From assembly GCA_015068555.1 (NCBI GenBank), contig SVKI01000001.1:21093-85092 (forward strand): a DNA stretch of 64,000 nucleotides. Reading direction: 5' to 3'. Positions within the stretch are counted from its first letter, which is position 1. Every line of letters starts with the position of its first letter. Positions 8,841 through 18,712 of this stretch are shown piece after piece. The position numbers and the translations under genes were made by a program. The DNA comes from Oscillospiraceae bacterium. Its GTDB lineage: Bacteria; Bacillota; Clostridia; UBA1381; UBA9506. A model generated the notes under the pieces. It did not search any database. It was not told the DNA's origin and saw only the letters and a list, made by a program, of their open reading frames with translations.

Positions 8841-11800
8841 ATGATGAAAAAGATTTTGTCCTTGGTTCTTAGTGCGTTTATGCTTGTATCCTTACTGCCT
8901 ATGACAGCCATGGCGGCCAGTCCACAGGCAACCTACCATCAGGATGGCCCTGCTTTTTCTGTTGCAGCGTCAAATCTCACGGTAGCAGATGCAACAGTTG
9001 TAACGTTTACCGCAACGGCTTATAATAAAGATGGCACGCAGGTGGGCGACGCTTTGAGCCAAAATGCAACAGTAACCGGAGGTGCTCTTGCGGCTTCCGT
9101 TAACTTTGAGTCTGATGGAGCAGAGGCTTCTTCTGCAATTGCATCGGTTAAGGTGGTTGTGAAAAACGGTGATGAGGAAGTTGTTCCGGAGAAGAGCTTC
9201 ACCGTAACGCCGCAGGCGGTTACAGACAATGTGTATAATAACTTCACCAACGGTTTTTATAAGCCGGTTGTGGGAGATGACGTAACGGTCAGTGCACAAA
9301 AGTGGGCGAAATGGATTGATGGCAGTTATGCAACAGGCGGTGATGATTCTAACTTGGCAGACAATAATCCGACGACATACGGCACTTTGAATCAATCCAG
9401 CGGCAATGTTAGCGGACAAGTGCTTATCTGGCAGAAATATGTTACGCTTTCATCTGCTGTAAAGATTGACCGTGTTGTTGCATGGAGTAATAAAACAGTC
9501 AATGAGTATTATCTTGCGAAGACAATAGATATGACATCCCCGGGATACCATACACATGATGATAAATTCCTGGGAACTTCAACTACGGATTCTGCAATTA
9601 AGTATCTTGGCAACAAAGATAGTGCGGCTGTCTGCACGGACGATGTCATTGCCGGCATGCGTCGCATGGTGTTTAATGCTGATGGTGGAGAATATACCCA
9701 TTTGATTCACCACGCTCCGGCAAGCGGCGGTGGTTCAACACGCCTTGCAGATATTCAGGCTTACCAGAAGGTGAAGGTGAGCAAAGAAGCATTTGCGGTT
9801 GCTCCCGGAGCAACATACAGCCAGGAAGGCTCTGCATTTTCGGTTAAAGCTGTACAACTTACTATAGAAGAGGGTACCGAACTGACGTTTGCGGCAACAG
9901 CTTATAAAGCAGACGGTACAACCGTTGTCGGCACACCGCTGACAAAAACCGCAGCGGTGACAGCAGGCGGTGCTTTTGCAGCTTCTGTAGATTTTGAGGC
10001 TGGCGGTACGGAAGCAGACTTTTCAATCGCATCGGTTAAGGTTGTAGTGAAGAATGGTGACGAGGAAGTGATTCCTGAGAAGAACTTCACCGTAACGCCG
10101 CAGGCGGTTACAGACAATGTGTATAATAACTTCACCAACGGTTTTTATAAGCCGGTTGTGGGAGATGGCGTAACGGTCAGTGCACAAAAGTGGGCGAAAT
10201 GGATTGATGGCAGTTATGCAACAGGCGGTGATGATTCTAACCTGGCAGACAATAATCCGACGACATACGGCACTTTGAATCAATCCAGCGGAAATGTTAG
10301 CGGACAAGTGCTTATCTGGCAGAAATATGTTACGCTTTCATCTGCTGTAAAGATTGACCGTGTTGTTGCATGGAGTAATAAAACAGTCAATGAGTATTAT
10401 CTTGCGAAGACAATAGATATGACATCCCCGGGATACCATACACATGATGATAAATTCCTGGGAACTTCAACTACGGATTCTGCAATTAAGTATCTTGGCA
10501 ACAAAGACAGTGCGGCTGTCTGCACAGACGATGTCATTGCCGGCATGCGTCGCATGGTGTTTAATGCTGATGGTGGAGAATATACCCATTTGATTCACCA
10601 CGCTCCGGCAAGCGGCGGCGGTTCAACACGCCTTGCAGATATTCAGGCTTACCAGAAGGTAGTTGTTGATATTGTGGCTTTGGGTGATGGTTATGTTGAG
10701 CCGGATAATGGTAATGACGATAATGAAGAAGAAGAAGAGCCGGTTGTTCCGGATCCGCCGACTCCGCCGCAGATCACAACAGAAGAAGTAGCCCTGAATA
10801 AAGCGGCTTTTTCTTATAATTCTAAGATAGGAACGAATCCTTCCATGGCAATAGATGGTAAGGACTCGACAGCCTGGGAATCCAAGGGTACAGGAACAGT
10901 TGCCGATAACTTTGTGATCGATTTAGGCGCTGATTATGAAGTGCATGCTGTTAAGATTCTGCCGAAGGCTGCAGATTCAGCACAAAATATAACAGTTTAC
11001 GGGACAAAGAAAAATGCAACAAATGCTACTTCTGCCGAAAATCAGGATAAGACGAAGCTGGGTGAAATCGGTACAGAGGCACTTTCTACCACAGAGATGA
11101 AAGAACTTACCGTAGCCACTCCGGCAGCCTATCGTTACATTGTGATTGAACAGGCAGCAGGTGCATCTAAACCGATGGCTCTTTGCGAAGTTGAGGTTTG
11201 GGCTAAGGAATCGGAGGTTGTTTCAACAGCCGTTCCTGTGAGCCTTGTGAGCAAGGGTGCGACTCCTTATTCCGGTCCTAAAGGCTTACCTGCAACGACT
11301 GCTTTTACAAATGTTCAGACACTGACGGATGATGATCCAACGGTTACGGCATATGGCCAGGGTAATGACACAACGGCAGCAAATGGCTTGTATTTATACA
11401 TTGACTTAGGTCAGCCGGTTAAGACAACCCATGTTGCATATCAGGCAATCCTGCACGAGAACAATCTTCGTGGTGCCGAGGGATTTGTTGTTGTTGGTAC
11501 AAACAATGTGGACGATTTTGAAAATGGAACGGCGACTGTACTGGCAACTGCCGGAACAAGTGGTATCGCCGGCACAGTCGGTGCTGACACCGGCTTGTGG
11601 ATGTTCCCGATAAATAGCACAACGGCATATCAATATTACGGTGTTATGAAGAAAACGCCGGCTACAGGGCTTAAGGCTCTTTCTGCAAATACATTACAGG
11701 TGTACAGTAAGGCTTCCGACATGGCGCAGTTGGTGAACGATGCAGGTGTGAGCGCTTTGGTTTCTAATGTTAAGAAGGAAATCGGGGAAAACAGCGTTAC

Positions 11801-13742
11801 CTATTCTGCCAGCTATTTAACCGGCGCCGGCAACGGTGAAGCCATTGGCTTCTTCAGCCGTTATAATAAGGATGGCCAGCTTGTAGATGCATACACCGTA
11901 AATGGTGGTTACATGATGAGTGGCTATTACAATGAAGTTAACTTTACTGTTCCTGATGTTGTAACTGCGGATAAGGACGTTTGGGAACTGATCGTTATTT
12001 GCGGCGATCGTGTGATTGATTACATCACCGATGTAAAGAAGATGACAAGACCTATGGCCTATGCAGGTACAGAAGGTGAAGGTTTAACCTTTACCCAAAC
12101 GGGCCACACCATTACGGCAAGTGGCACAGTGGATGCAAATGTTTTGGCGATGATGGTTCTTGACAAGGATGCCGGCATTGAAGCTTACACGGTAGAGGAT
12201 ATTCTGAGCTGTCAGTTTGCTTATGCACCTGAAGAGGCAATGGCTCCGTGGAATTATAGCTTCCGCTTTACCATGCCGAACAGAACGGCAGGAGAATATC
12301 CTGTTCACTTCCTTTCGGACAACGGAGCGCTTTCTGATGACAATAAGATTATGAATGTTTATGATGTGTCTCAGATTGTGACAGACTTCCAGAGTGTGAT
12401 GCCGGATACCTTCTTAGCTGCTATCAATGATCGGGATAATGCAGGATTCTTTGGTACAGAGCTTGTTACGGCATTAAATGCTGCCGGTGATGACATTGGT
12501 GTGAACTTTATGCTTGCAAAAACAGGCTTTACTTCAGGTCTTTTTGACAAGGACCTGACCCGGTGGAATGATATTAACACCATCGTTGCTGCAGTAGAGG
12601 CGGCTCTGGTGATTGATGCAACCGTTGCAGAGAGTGGTGTTGCAGAGGCTATTTTAGCACACGGCGCCGTCCTGCCGGAGATTTTTGGAACAGATGCATA
12701 TAGTGCGGAAGAGTTCGAAATCATATTACCGGATGTTATGGATATTGTCGGTTCTAACAGCGCAGAAAAGCTGGCCAATGCATATAAACGCACGATTGCT
12801 CTTTCGCTGCTTTATAATGGCAGCCAGGCTGAAAAGGAACGGGCAATCGAAGAGTACAGAGATGCATTGGGTATTGCAGAAGATACATTAGATACAGAAA
12901 TGACGGTACGCGCTATTGCTGAAAAGCTTTCTAACACGCCTTCTGTTGTTACCGGTACTTATGCATACGGCATGAATCAGATAGTTGACGATATCATTAC
13001 GGATTGGGAAGAGAATCAGGATGATTCCAAAGAACTGGGTACCAATGGTAATAAGCGTCCCGGCACTGTCGGTAATGTGACCGCGTCAATACCTCGTGAT
13101 TTTATCGGTACCACAGATACAGCCTTTATTCCCACGCAGGATAAAGTGGAAGCGGAAAATCAGGAAGCATCAGCTCAATTTAATGACATCCAGCATCATG
13201 TCTGGGCGCAGGATGCAATCGGCAAGCTTGCTGCAAAAGGCATTCTGTCCGGTCAGGGTGACGGAAACTTTAATCCGGACGGATTACTAACCCGTGAACA
13301 GGCTGCTAAAATTCTAGTGCTTGTAATGAATTTGCCGACCAGTGCAAATGATAACGGATATCGCGATTGTGCGTACGGCTCCTGGTATTATCCATACATC
13401 ACAGCGGCCAAGGAGCATGACCTTGTTAAGGGCGTTTCCCGCTCCGATTTTGGTGTGGGTCAGCTTGTGACAAGACAGGATCTGGCGGTTATGATTTATC
13501 GTGCGATGGACGGTTTGGATATCGTGGATGCAGAGGTTTCTGCTAAATTTACAGATGATACGGCGACCAGTGATTACGCAAAAGTGGCCGTGAATAAATT
13601 AGGTGGTATGGGTCTTATCTCTGGTTTTGCAGATGGCAGCTTTGGTGCGAATAAGAATACAACCCGTGCACAGGCTGCGGTTATGTTTGCGAGATTGCTT
13701 GAACGAATAGAGAACATGGCAGAGGAGGTGGCTGCTGAATGA
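8841..13742 (+). CDS. Giant secreted cell-surface protein: duplicated 296-aa module, discoidin-like domains, C-terminal triple SLH anchor
   Basis: ATG at 8841 lies 6 nt after GGAG; the track start at 8823 is a TTG. Signal peptide ends ...LLPMTAMA/AS. An acidic/Pro linker (NEEEEEPVVPDPPTPP) follows the duplicated module. Discoidin-like segments include AIDGKDSTAWES...YRYIVIEQ...LCEVEVWA. Three SLH repeats sit at the C-terminus (WAQDAIGKLAAKGILSGQGDGNFNPDGLLTREQAAKIL; YYPYITAAKEHDLVKG...VTRQDLAVMIYRA; YAKVAVNKLGGMGLISGFADGSFGANKNTTRAQAAVMFARLL). Confidence 0.8.
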   Translation: MMKKILSLVLSAFMLVSLLPMTAMAASPQATYHQDGPAFSVAASNLTVADATVVTFTATAYNKDGTQVGDALSQNATVTGGALAASVNFESDGAEASSAIASVKVVVKNGDEEVVPEKSFTVTPQAVTDNVYNNFTNGFYKPVVGDDVTVSAQKWAKWIDGSYATGGDDSNLADNNPTTYGTLNQSSGNVSGQVLIWQKYVTLSSAVKIDRVVAWSNKTVNEYYLAKTIDMTSPGYHTHDDKFLGTSTTDSAIKYLGNKDSAAVCTDDVIAGMRRMVFNADGGEYTHLIHHAPASGGGSTRLADIQAYQKVKVSKEAFAVAPGATYSQEGSAFSVKAVQLTIEEGTELTFAATAYKADGTTVVGTPLTKTAAVTAGGAFAASVDFEAGGTEADFSIASVKVVVKNGDEEVIPEKNFTVTPQAVTDNVYNNFTNGFYKPVVGDGVTVSAQKWAKWIDGSYATGGDDSNLADNNPTTYGTLNQSSGNVSGQVLIWQKYVTLSSAVKIDRVVAWSNKTVNEYYLAKTIDMTSPGYHTHDDKFLGTSTTDSAIKYLGNKDSAAVCTDDVIAGMRRMVFNADGGEYTHLIHHAPASGGGSTRLADIQAYQKVVVDIVALGDGYVEPDNGNDDNEEEEEPVVPDPPTPPQITTEEVALNKAAFSYNSKIGTNPSMAIDGKDSTAWESKGTGTVADNFVIDLGADYEVHAVKILPKAADSAQNITVYGTKKNATNATSAENQDKTKLGEIGTEALSTTEMKELTVATPAAYRYIVIEQAAGASKPMALCEVEVWAKESEVVSTAVPVSLVSKGATPYSGPKGLPATTAFTNVQTLTDDDPTVTAYGQGNDTTAANGLYLYIDLGQPVKTTHVAYQAILHENNLRGAEGFVVVGTNNVDDFENGTATVLATAGTSGIAGTVGADTGLWMFPINSTTAYQYYGVMKKTPATGLKALSANTLQVYSKASDMAQLVNDAGVSALVSNVKKEIGENSVTYSASYLTGAGNGEAIGFFSRYNKDGQLVDAYTVNGGYMMSGYYNEVNFTVPDVVTADKDVWELIVICGDRVIDYITDVKKMTRPMAYAGTEGEGLTFTQTGHTITASGTVDANVLAMMVLDKDAGIEAYTVEDILSCQFAYAPEEAMAPWNYSFRFTMPNRTAGEYPVHFLSDNGALSDDNKIMNVYDVSQIVTDFQSVMPDTFLAAINDRDNAGFFGTELVTALNAAGDDIGVNFMLAKTGFTSGLFDKDLTRWNDINTIVAAVEAALVIDATVAESGVAEAILAHGAVLPEIFGTDAYSAEEFEIILPDVMDIVGSNSAEKLANAYKRTIALSLLYNGSQAEKERAIEEYRDALGIAEDTLDTEMTVRAIAEKLSNTPSVVTGTYAYGMNQIVDDIITDWEENQDDSKELGTNGNKRPGTVGNVTASIPRDFIGTTDTAFIPTQDKVEAENQEASAQFNDIQHHVWAQDAIGKLAAKGILSGQGDGNFNPDGLLTREQAAKILVLVMNLPTSANDNGYRDCAYGSWYYPYITAAKEHDLVKGVSRSDFGVGQLVTRQDLAVMIYRAMDGLDIVDAEVSAKFTDDTATSDYAKVAVNKLGGMGLISGFADGSFGANKNTTRAQAAVMFARLLERIENMAEEVAAE
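8919..10661 (+). repeat. In-frame tandem duplication, period 888 bp (296 codons), two copies inside the giant surface-protein gene
   Basis: Positions 9733 and 10621 align exactly 888 nt apart (gttcaacacgccttgcag). Over about 9190-9773 versus 10078-10661 the copies are near-identical, with only scattered single-base differences. The first ~250 bp of each unit is clearly diverged at both nucleotide and protein level. Confidence 0.95.
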
Positions 13743-16700
13743 AAAAGCTATTAGCACTTATTTTGAGTATAATACTGATTGTAGGCCTTTGCCCCATGCA
13801 AGCGGCCGTTGTTTCAGCTGCTGAAGATGAAAACGTTGCTTTGGGACTAGTGCCAACCTGTAAAGAGGACAGAGAAGGAAATATTATAACAAACTTAACA
13901 GACGGAAATCCGTTAAGCATATGGTCAGGACCTGCCGGAATAGATCAAAACTGGGTTATGCTTGACCTCGGTGTGCCCCATGTTATCAGTCAGGTTATTC
14001 TGCATGTGCGTGTCGATGTAAATGCTGACTATTACCGTGAGGCGGCAAACCTCGAACTTTCTAACACACCGGATTTTGCACAAAAGGTTGTGTATGAAGC
14101 ATTCCCGAGCATTGACCCGGAAACCGGTGAGCCTTATGAAATTACCATTAAAGATAAAAAGGCGTATCGATATGTGCGTGTCATCAAAACCAACAGTGTT
14201 ACTTTGACCTTTAATGAATTTGAGGTGTACGGTTCAGTTCCTACAAATGAACTGAAAATTGGTGACGATATCGTGGGGACTTCTATCGAAGGTCCGGCAA
14301 CCTTACTTGCGCATCTTGGATTGATGGGCATGAAGGATCCGGATAATACCCTGTTTGTAAAGGATGCTATTTTCACCCGTGCAGAGGCTGTTGCAGCTGT
14401 TGTTGATGCGTTTGCGGGCAATGTCAGCTTCTCAGGTGGCATCCCCTTCAACGATGTTGACAAAGCTCATCCTTATTATATGGATGTGATGACAGCTTGT
14501 CATCTGGGTTATATTACGGGCGATAACAATACAACCTTCCGACCGGATGATTATGTAACGACAACTGAATTTTTGTTCATAACGCTCCGTGCTATGGGAT
14601 ATGATGATGTAATTGAGAAGTTATTTGGAAATGACCCGGGTCGCGTGATTAACCTGACAGAGAAGTTAAAGCTGTTAAAGGGTGTTACGGTTGAAAGTTA
14701 TAATGCCCCGGTTACACGCGGTCAGGCGGCAGTTATCTTTTATAACGCACTTTTAGCTCCTGAATTTAATATGTTTGCGGCACAGGAAGGTTTTCTTACC
14801 TTCAGTGATGAAGCCGACATGTTAAGACGCAATCATGGCTTGGTTCTGATTCAGGGTATTGTTGAAGAAAACAGAATCACCAATTTAGAGGGCGATGCGA
14901 AAGCAAACAAAAATTCAGCTAAAATTAGCGGAAGAAAATTTGTAGATCCCGAAGGGAAACTGGATAACTTCTTGGGTAAAGAAGTCATAATTGCAACCGA
15001 TGTTGACGGCTCCGGAGAAATTGTGCTGGCATGGTCTACACAGAAGGAGCAGGAGATTGTCATTCCCGCATCGGCTCTCTGCTCTGATGTAGCGGACATT
15101 GAAGCCGGTCGCATCGTTGCCTACGATGAAGATGGGGATGAAGAGTCTTATGTACTTGAATCACCCGTCAGAGTGATTAAAAATGAACTGTCGTATCCTT
15201 ATTTTGCACCGGAAGACTTGTTGATTACCAACGGCCAGCTGAGGCTATTGGATAATGACCGTGATGGTGTGTATGAGGTTGTGTTCCTTGAAGAGTATTC
15301 TCTGCATTATATAGAAAGTGCTTTCTATGATGATAACACCTTTACCTTTGTTGATTCTGAAGGCGTGCGTAAGGTTTTAGATCGGGAAAATCTGGTTGTG
15401 GCTGCCAGTGACGGGAACAGTATTGGTCTCAGAAGAGTTGCTTCCGGAACAGTTATTAAATTGTTTGCTTCAAATGACGGCTCATTCAATAGAATTGTTC
15501 TATATGATACACCGGTTATTGGAAAACTGACTGCGTATAGTATGACGGAGGCTTCTGTAGATGGTGTTCGTTATGGTTTATCCTTGAGTTACCAAAACAC
15601 GATTCTTGAGAATGAACCCGTTCCGGGTGAGCCGGTTAGTGCGTTTGTTGATGAAGCGGGAGACATTCTGTGGATTGAGCGCGATACAAAAGCAATCAAT
15701 GACGGCTGGGTGATTGCATTTTCACAGCAAACAGCTGTTGGTAGCGGTCTTTCACCCAAGCTCGGCTTCAGAATGTTTACACAAGATGCAAAATGGGTAG
15801 AAGCTTATGTGGGAGACAAGGTTGTTGTTGACGGCGTAAGCACAACGAAGGATAACCTAACCAAGATGATTGCTGATGATAGCGAAAATCGATTTACCGG
15901 CGCATTGCTTCGTTATAAGCTGAATACGGCGGGTCATTTAGCACAGATCGACACGCAGGTAGAAACAGCGGCAGAGGCAAAGCTGGGTGCAAGCTTTGGA
16001 AAAGGCCTGTTGGTTATGGAAGGCATGTATACAAGTGGTTCTGCCGGATTCTGGAACGGCCATACCATGGTTACCCCTGCAAAGAGTGACACACCGACCT
16101 TTGTGATTCCTACAGTGAACAGCGAATTTACAACAGATTCATCTTATGATAGCTTATACTATGTTCGCAACCTTTCCAGCATGCTGACATCGCATCAGCA
16201 GCGTTCTGATTACAATCTGCAATCGTATATGCCGGATGAGGACGGATATCCTGCTTGCTTTATGAAGACGCAGAATTACAGTGCATCTGTTGGTGAATCT
16301 ACCGAGTCAATGGTAGGTATTAACAGCACGAACGCACCGTTTATGTTGGTTGAAAAAGCAGTTTACAGCACAACGCCGGATGGCGAAGTAGGATTTAAGC
16401 TGACCGGACGCGTGATTACAAGTTCCGGTCTGGGAGCAGAAAGTTCCATTATAGCCAATGCGGAATCATCTATGATTGAATCAGGCTTGTTATATCAGGA
16501 ACAGCCGGATTGCCTGAATGAGAGTAATCTTGTTATTGAATCGGCGATTGGTTCTTTGACGCCTACACAGATTGATCGATATGTAAATTCGGTTACAGAT
16601 ATTGGCTTTGGCGATATTATTCGCTATGAGGCCGGTTCTTCGACAGTTCGTACGGTTGAGAGATACTTTGACTATGATGAAAAAGAACCTGCTGGTGCCG

Positions 16701-17017
16701 GTGATAATCCGAAGGGTGCTGTTTGGCATATTTCAGGTAATAATATTTCTCACTACAGCGGCTATTATCGCTTCCAGATTGGTGAAATCATGGATGTGAG
16801 TGATAATGCGATTACAGTTAAAACTGTTTTCGGTAATGAGGAAATATATCCCAAAAATGCATTTGCAAATGTTGTTGTTTGCGAAAAGAGCGGAACCAAA
16901 TATAAAATAGGTTCTGTTACGAATTTGGGACAGTATGAAGGTGCTAATGTACAGATTATGTTGTACTCATACAACGGTGCACCGAGAGCTGCATGTATTT
17001 ATCCATATTATGAATAA
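13739..17017 (+). CDS. Secreted surface protein: N-terminal discoidin-like domain, three SLH repeats, long uncharacterized C-terminal region
   Basis: Its ATG overlaps the upstream stop (ATGA at 13739-13742). Signal peptide MKKLLALILSIILIVGLCPMQAAVVSAAED. The discoidin-like segment reads NLTDGNPLSIWSG...WVMLDLG...YRYVRVIKT...FNEFEVYG. SLH-like repeats follow (FTRAEAVAAVVDAF; HPYYMDVMTACHLGYITGDNNTTFRPDDYVTTTEFLFITLRAMGY; VTRGQAAVIFYNALL). Confidence 0.7.
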   Translation: MKKLLALILSIILIVGLCPMQAAVVSAAEDENVALGLVPTCKEDREGNIITNLTDGNPLSIWSGPAGIDQNWVMLDLGVPHVISQVILHVRVDVNADYYREAANLELSNTPDFAQKVVYEAFPSIDPETGEPYEITIKDKKAYRYVRVIKTNSVTLTFNEFEVYGSVPTNELKIGDDIVGTSIEGPATLLAHLGLMGMKDPDNTLFVKDAIFTRAEAVAAVVDAFAGNVSFSGGIPFNDVDKAHPYYMDVMTACHLGYITGDNNTTFRPDDYVTTTEFLFITLRAMGYDDVIEKLFGNDPGRVINLTEKLKLLKGVTVESYNAPVTRGQAAVIFYNALLAPEFNMFAAQEGFLTFSDEADMLRRNHGLVLIQGIVEENRITNLEGDAKANKNSAKISGRKFVDPEGKLDNFLGKEVIIATDVDGSGEIVLAWSTQKEQEIVIPASALCSDVADIEAGRIVAYDEDGDEESYVLESPVRVIKNELSYPYFAPEDLLITNGQLRLLDNDRDGVYEVVFLEEYSLHYIESAFYDDNTFTFVDSEGVRKVLDRENLVVAASDGNSIGLRRVASGTVIKLFASNDGSFNRIVLYDTPVIGKLTAYSMTEASVDGVRYGLSLSYQNTILENEPVPGEPVSAFVDEAGDILWIERDTKAINDGWVIAFSQQTAVGSGLSPKLGFRMFTQDAKWVEAYVGDKVVVDGVSTTKDNLTKMIADDSENRFTGALLRYKLNTAGHLAQIDTQVETAAEAKLGASFGKGLLVMEGMYTSGSAGFWNGHTMVTPAKSDTPTFVIPTVNSEFTTDSSYDSLYYVRNLSSMLTSHQQRSDYNLQSYMPDEDGYPACFMKTQNYSASVGESTESMVGINSTNAPFMLVEKAVYSTTPDGEVGFKLTGRVITSSGLGAESSIIANAESSMIESGLLYQEQPDCLNESNLVIESAIGSLTPTQIDRYVNSVTDIGFGDIIRYEAGSSTVRTVERYFDYDEKEPAGAGDNPKGAVWHISGNNISHYSGYYRFQIGEIMDVSDNAITVKTVFGNEEIYPKNAFANVVVCEKSGTKYKIGSVTNLGQYEGANVQIMLYSYNGAPRAACIYPYYE

Positions 17018-17137
17018 CAATAAGGACTGTCTCGTTTGCGGGACAGTCCTTATTGTTAAAAAAAGCATTTTTGTGGTATCATTAGTCGGTGATGTTATGT
17101 ATAATACAGATAAAAACAACGAGATGGAGGGAAGCTT

Positions 17138-18700
17138 ATGATTATTGATATTGGTAATCGCAGAGAGGTTTTTTGGGATGATTATCTAGTGGATACGGAG
17201 GCTACGACGGCGGCGCTCACGATGCATAAGCCAGTAAAAAAGGAGATAGCCTATGTGTTTGATAAACCTTGGGAAACGAAGATTTTCAGCTATCCGCATT
17301 ATATTGAGTGGCAGGGTGAATGCCTGATGTATTACATTGCCGGTGTGCCTTGTAAGCAGCCCCTTAGACTTTCGAAGGACTTTAACAAGGAAGTGTCTGC
17401 CTTAAAATGCGTTTGTTTGATGAAGGGGCCGGACCCGTTCCATTTGGAAAGACCTAATTTGGGACTTTATGAAGTGAATGGTAGCAAGGACAATAATGTT
17501 TTGTTACAGCAGCGGTGCGAGGGTGACCTTGAAGAAGAATTTGATAATTTTTACGTATTTATTGATGAGAATCCTGATTGCCCGGCCGATGAGAAAATTA
17601 AAGCGCTGGCGCAGCAGATTAATCACAGCAAAGGTTTCCCAGGATTTCGTGAACTATGGTGCTACACATCAGGTGATGGCATCAACTTTAAGCTCGGCTG
17701 GAAGTTATCGGGTGCTGACGAGCCGTTTGCCGGCCTGTTTGACTCTTTAAACACCGCGCATTATGATAAAGAAGCAGGCGTTTACAGAATGTATGTACGT
17801 GGATTGCATTTAGGCTATGGTGTTGCGGCATCGGCCAACGAAACAGGTCTTGTGACTGCAGAAATGGAGAAAGACTTAGCAGCAGATGGCATTCGCGATA
17901 TCCGTTATATGGAATCAAAAGACTTTAAGACTTGGACCGTGCCCAGACAGATTTCCTACAATGATGATTATGATTTCCCTTTATATACCAATACTGTGCA
18001 GAAATATGCACGCGCGCCACATATGTATCTCGGTTTTCCAACTCGTTATGTAGAGCGTAAGAGATGGACGGGAAATTTCGACCAGTTGGGTGGCGAAGAA
18101 AACGTTGCCTGGAGAAAAGAGAGAATGGAGAGCAGTCCCCGCCACGGTCTAGCTGTTACCGATGCTATTTTTATGAGCTCGAGAGACGGTTTTAACTGGC
18201 ACCGTTTCCCCGAAGCGTTTGCAGGTGCGGAGCCGGAGCATGCTCACAACTGGGTATATGGTGATGCATATTTTATGAATAATGTGATGGAAACGCCTTG
18301 TGAGGCACCGGAGGTTGGGACAGAAATTTCGCTTTTTGCTAAAGAACTTAACCGCGAATACAGAATGCTGCGGCATTACACCTTGCGCCTTGACGGTTTT
18401 GCTTCTTATCATGCTGATTATGATGTGAAGGTGCTTGAGACAAAGCCGATTATCTATGACGGCAGCGAGCTTTCGATTAACTTTAAGACCTCTGCAATCG
18501 GATTTATGTATATTGATATTTTAGATGAGACAGGTAAGCCGATTGACGGTTATCATAGCTGTGAACTTTTTGGCAATACCACCGATAGAACTGTTTACTT
18601 TGGTGATGGTAAGGATGTTTCGGCACTTAGCGGCAGACCAGTGAAACTGCGGTTTACCATGCGTGATGCAGATATCTATTCCTTCATTTTCAGAGATTAG
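17138..18700 (+). CDS. Uncharacterized cytoplasmic protein, paralog A (propeller-plus-beta-sandwich glycosidase-like architecture is only a guess)
   Basis: RBS GGAGGGAAG. 520 aa with no signal peptide. Colinear with 19843-21405 without indels. The N-terminus GNRREVFWDDYLVD...KPWE and the C-terminus LRLDGFASYHA...VKLRFTMRDADIYSFIF resemble poorly characterized glycosidase-like families, but no family is firmly recognised. Confidence 0.4.
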   Translation: MIIDIGNRREVFWDDYLVDTEATTAALTMHKPVKKEIAYVFDKPWETKIFSYPHYIEWQGECLMYYIAGVPCKQPLRLSKDFNKEVSALKCVCLMKGPDPFHLERPNLGLYEVNGSKDNNVLLQQRCEGDLEEEFDNFYVFIDENPDCPADEKIKALAQQINHSKGFPGFRELWCYTSGDGINFKLGWKLSGADEPFAGLFDSLNTAHYDKEAGVYRMYVRGLHLGYGVAASANETGLVTAEMEKDLAADGIRDIRYMESKDFKTWTVPRQISYNDDYDFPLYTNTVQKYARAPHMYLGFPTRYVERKRWTGNFDQLGGEENVAWRKERMESSPRHGLAVTDAIFMSSRDGFNWHRFPEAFAGAEPEHAHNWVYGDAYFMNNVMETPCEAPEVGTEISLFAKELNREYRMLRHYTLRLDGFASYHADYDVKVLETKPIIYDGSELSINFKTSAIGFMYIDILDETGKPIDGYHSCELFGNTTDRTVYFGDGKDVSALSGRPVKLRFTMRDADIYSFIFRD

Positions 18701-18712
18701 GAGAATATTATT

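Noticed and set aside
8919-10661. The tandem near-identical repeats read as a diversity-generating retroelement (template and variable repeat) or as a CRISPR-like array.
   Set aside because: No reverse transcriptase or cas genes are nearby. The differences between copies are not adenine-specific. The period is 888 bp, in frame, inside a coding sequence.
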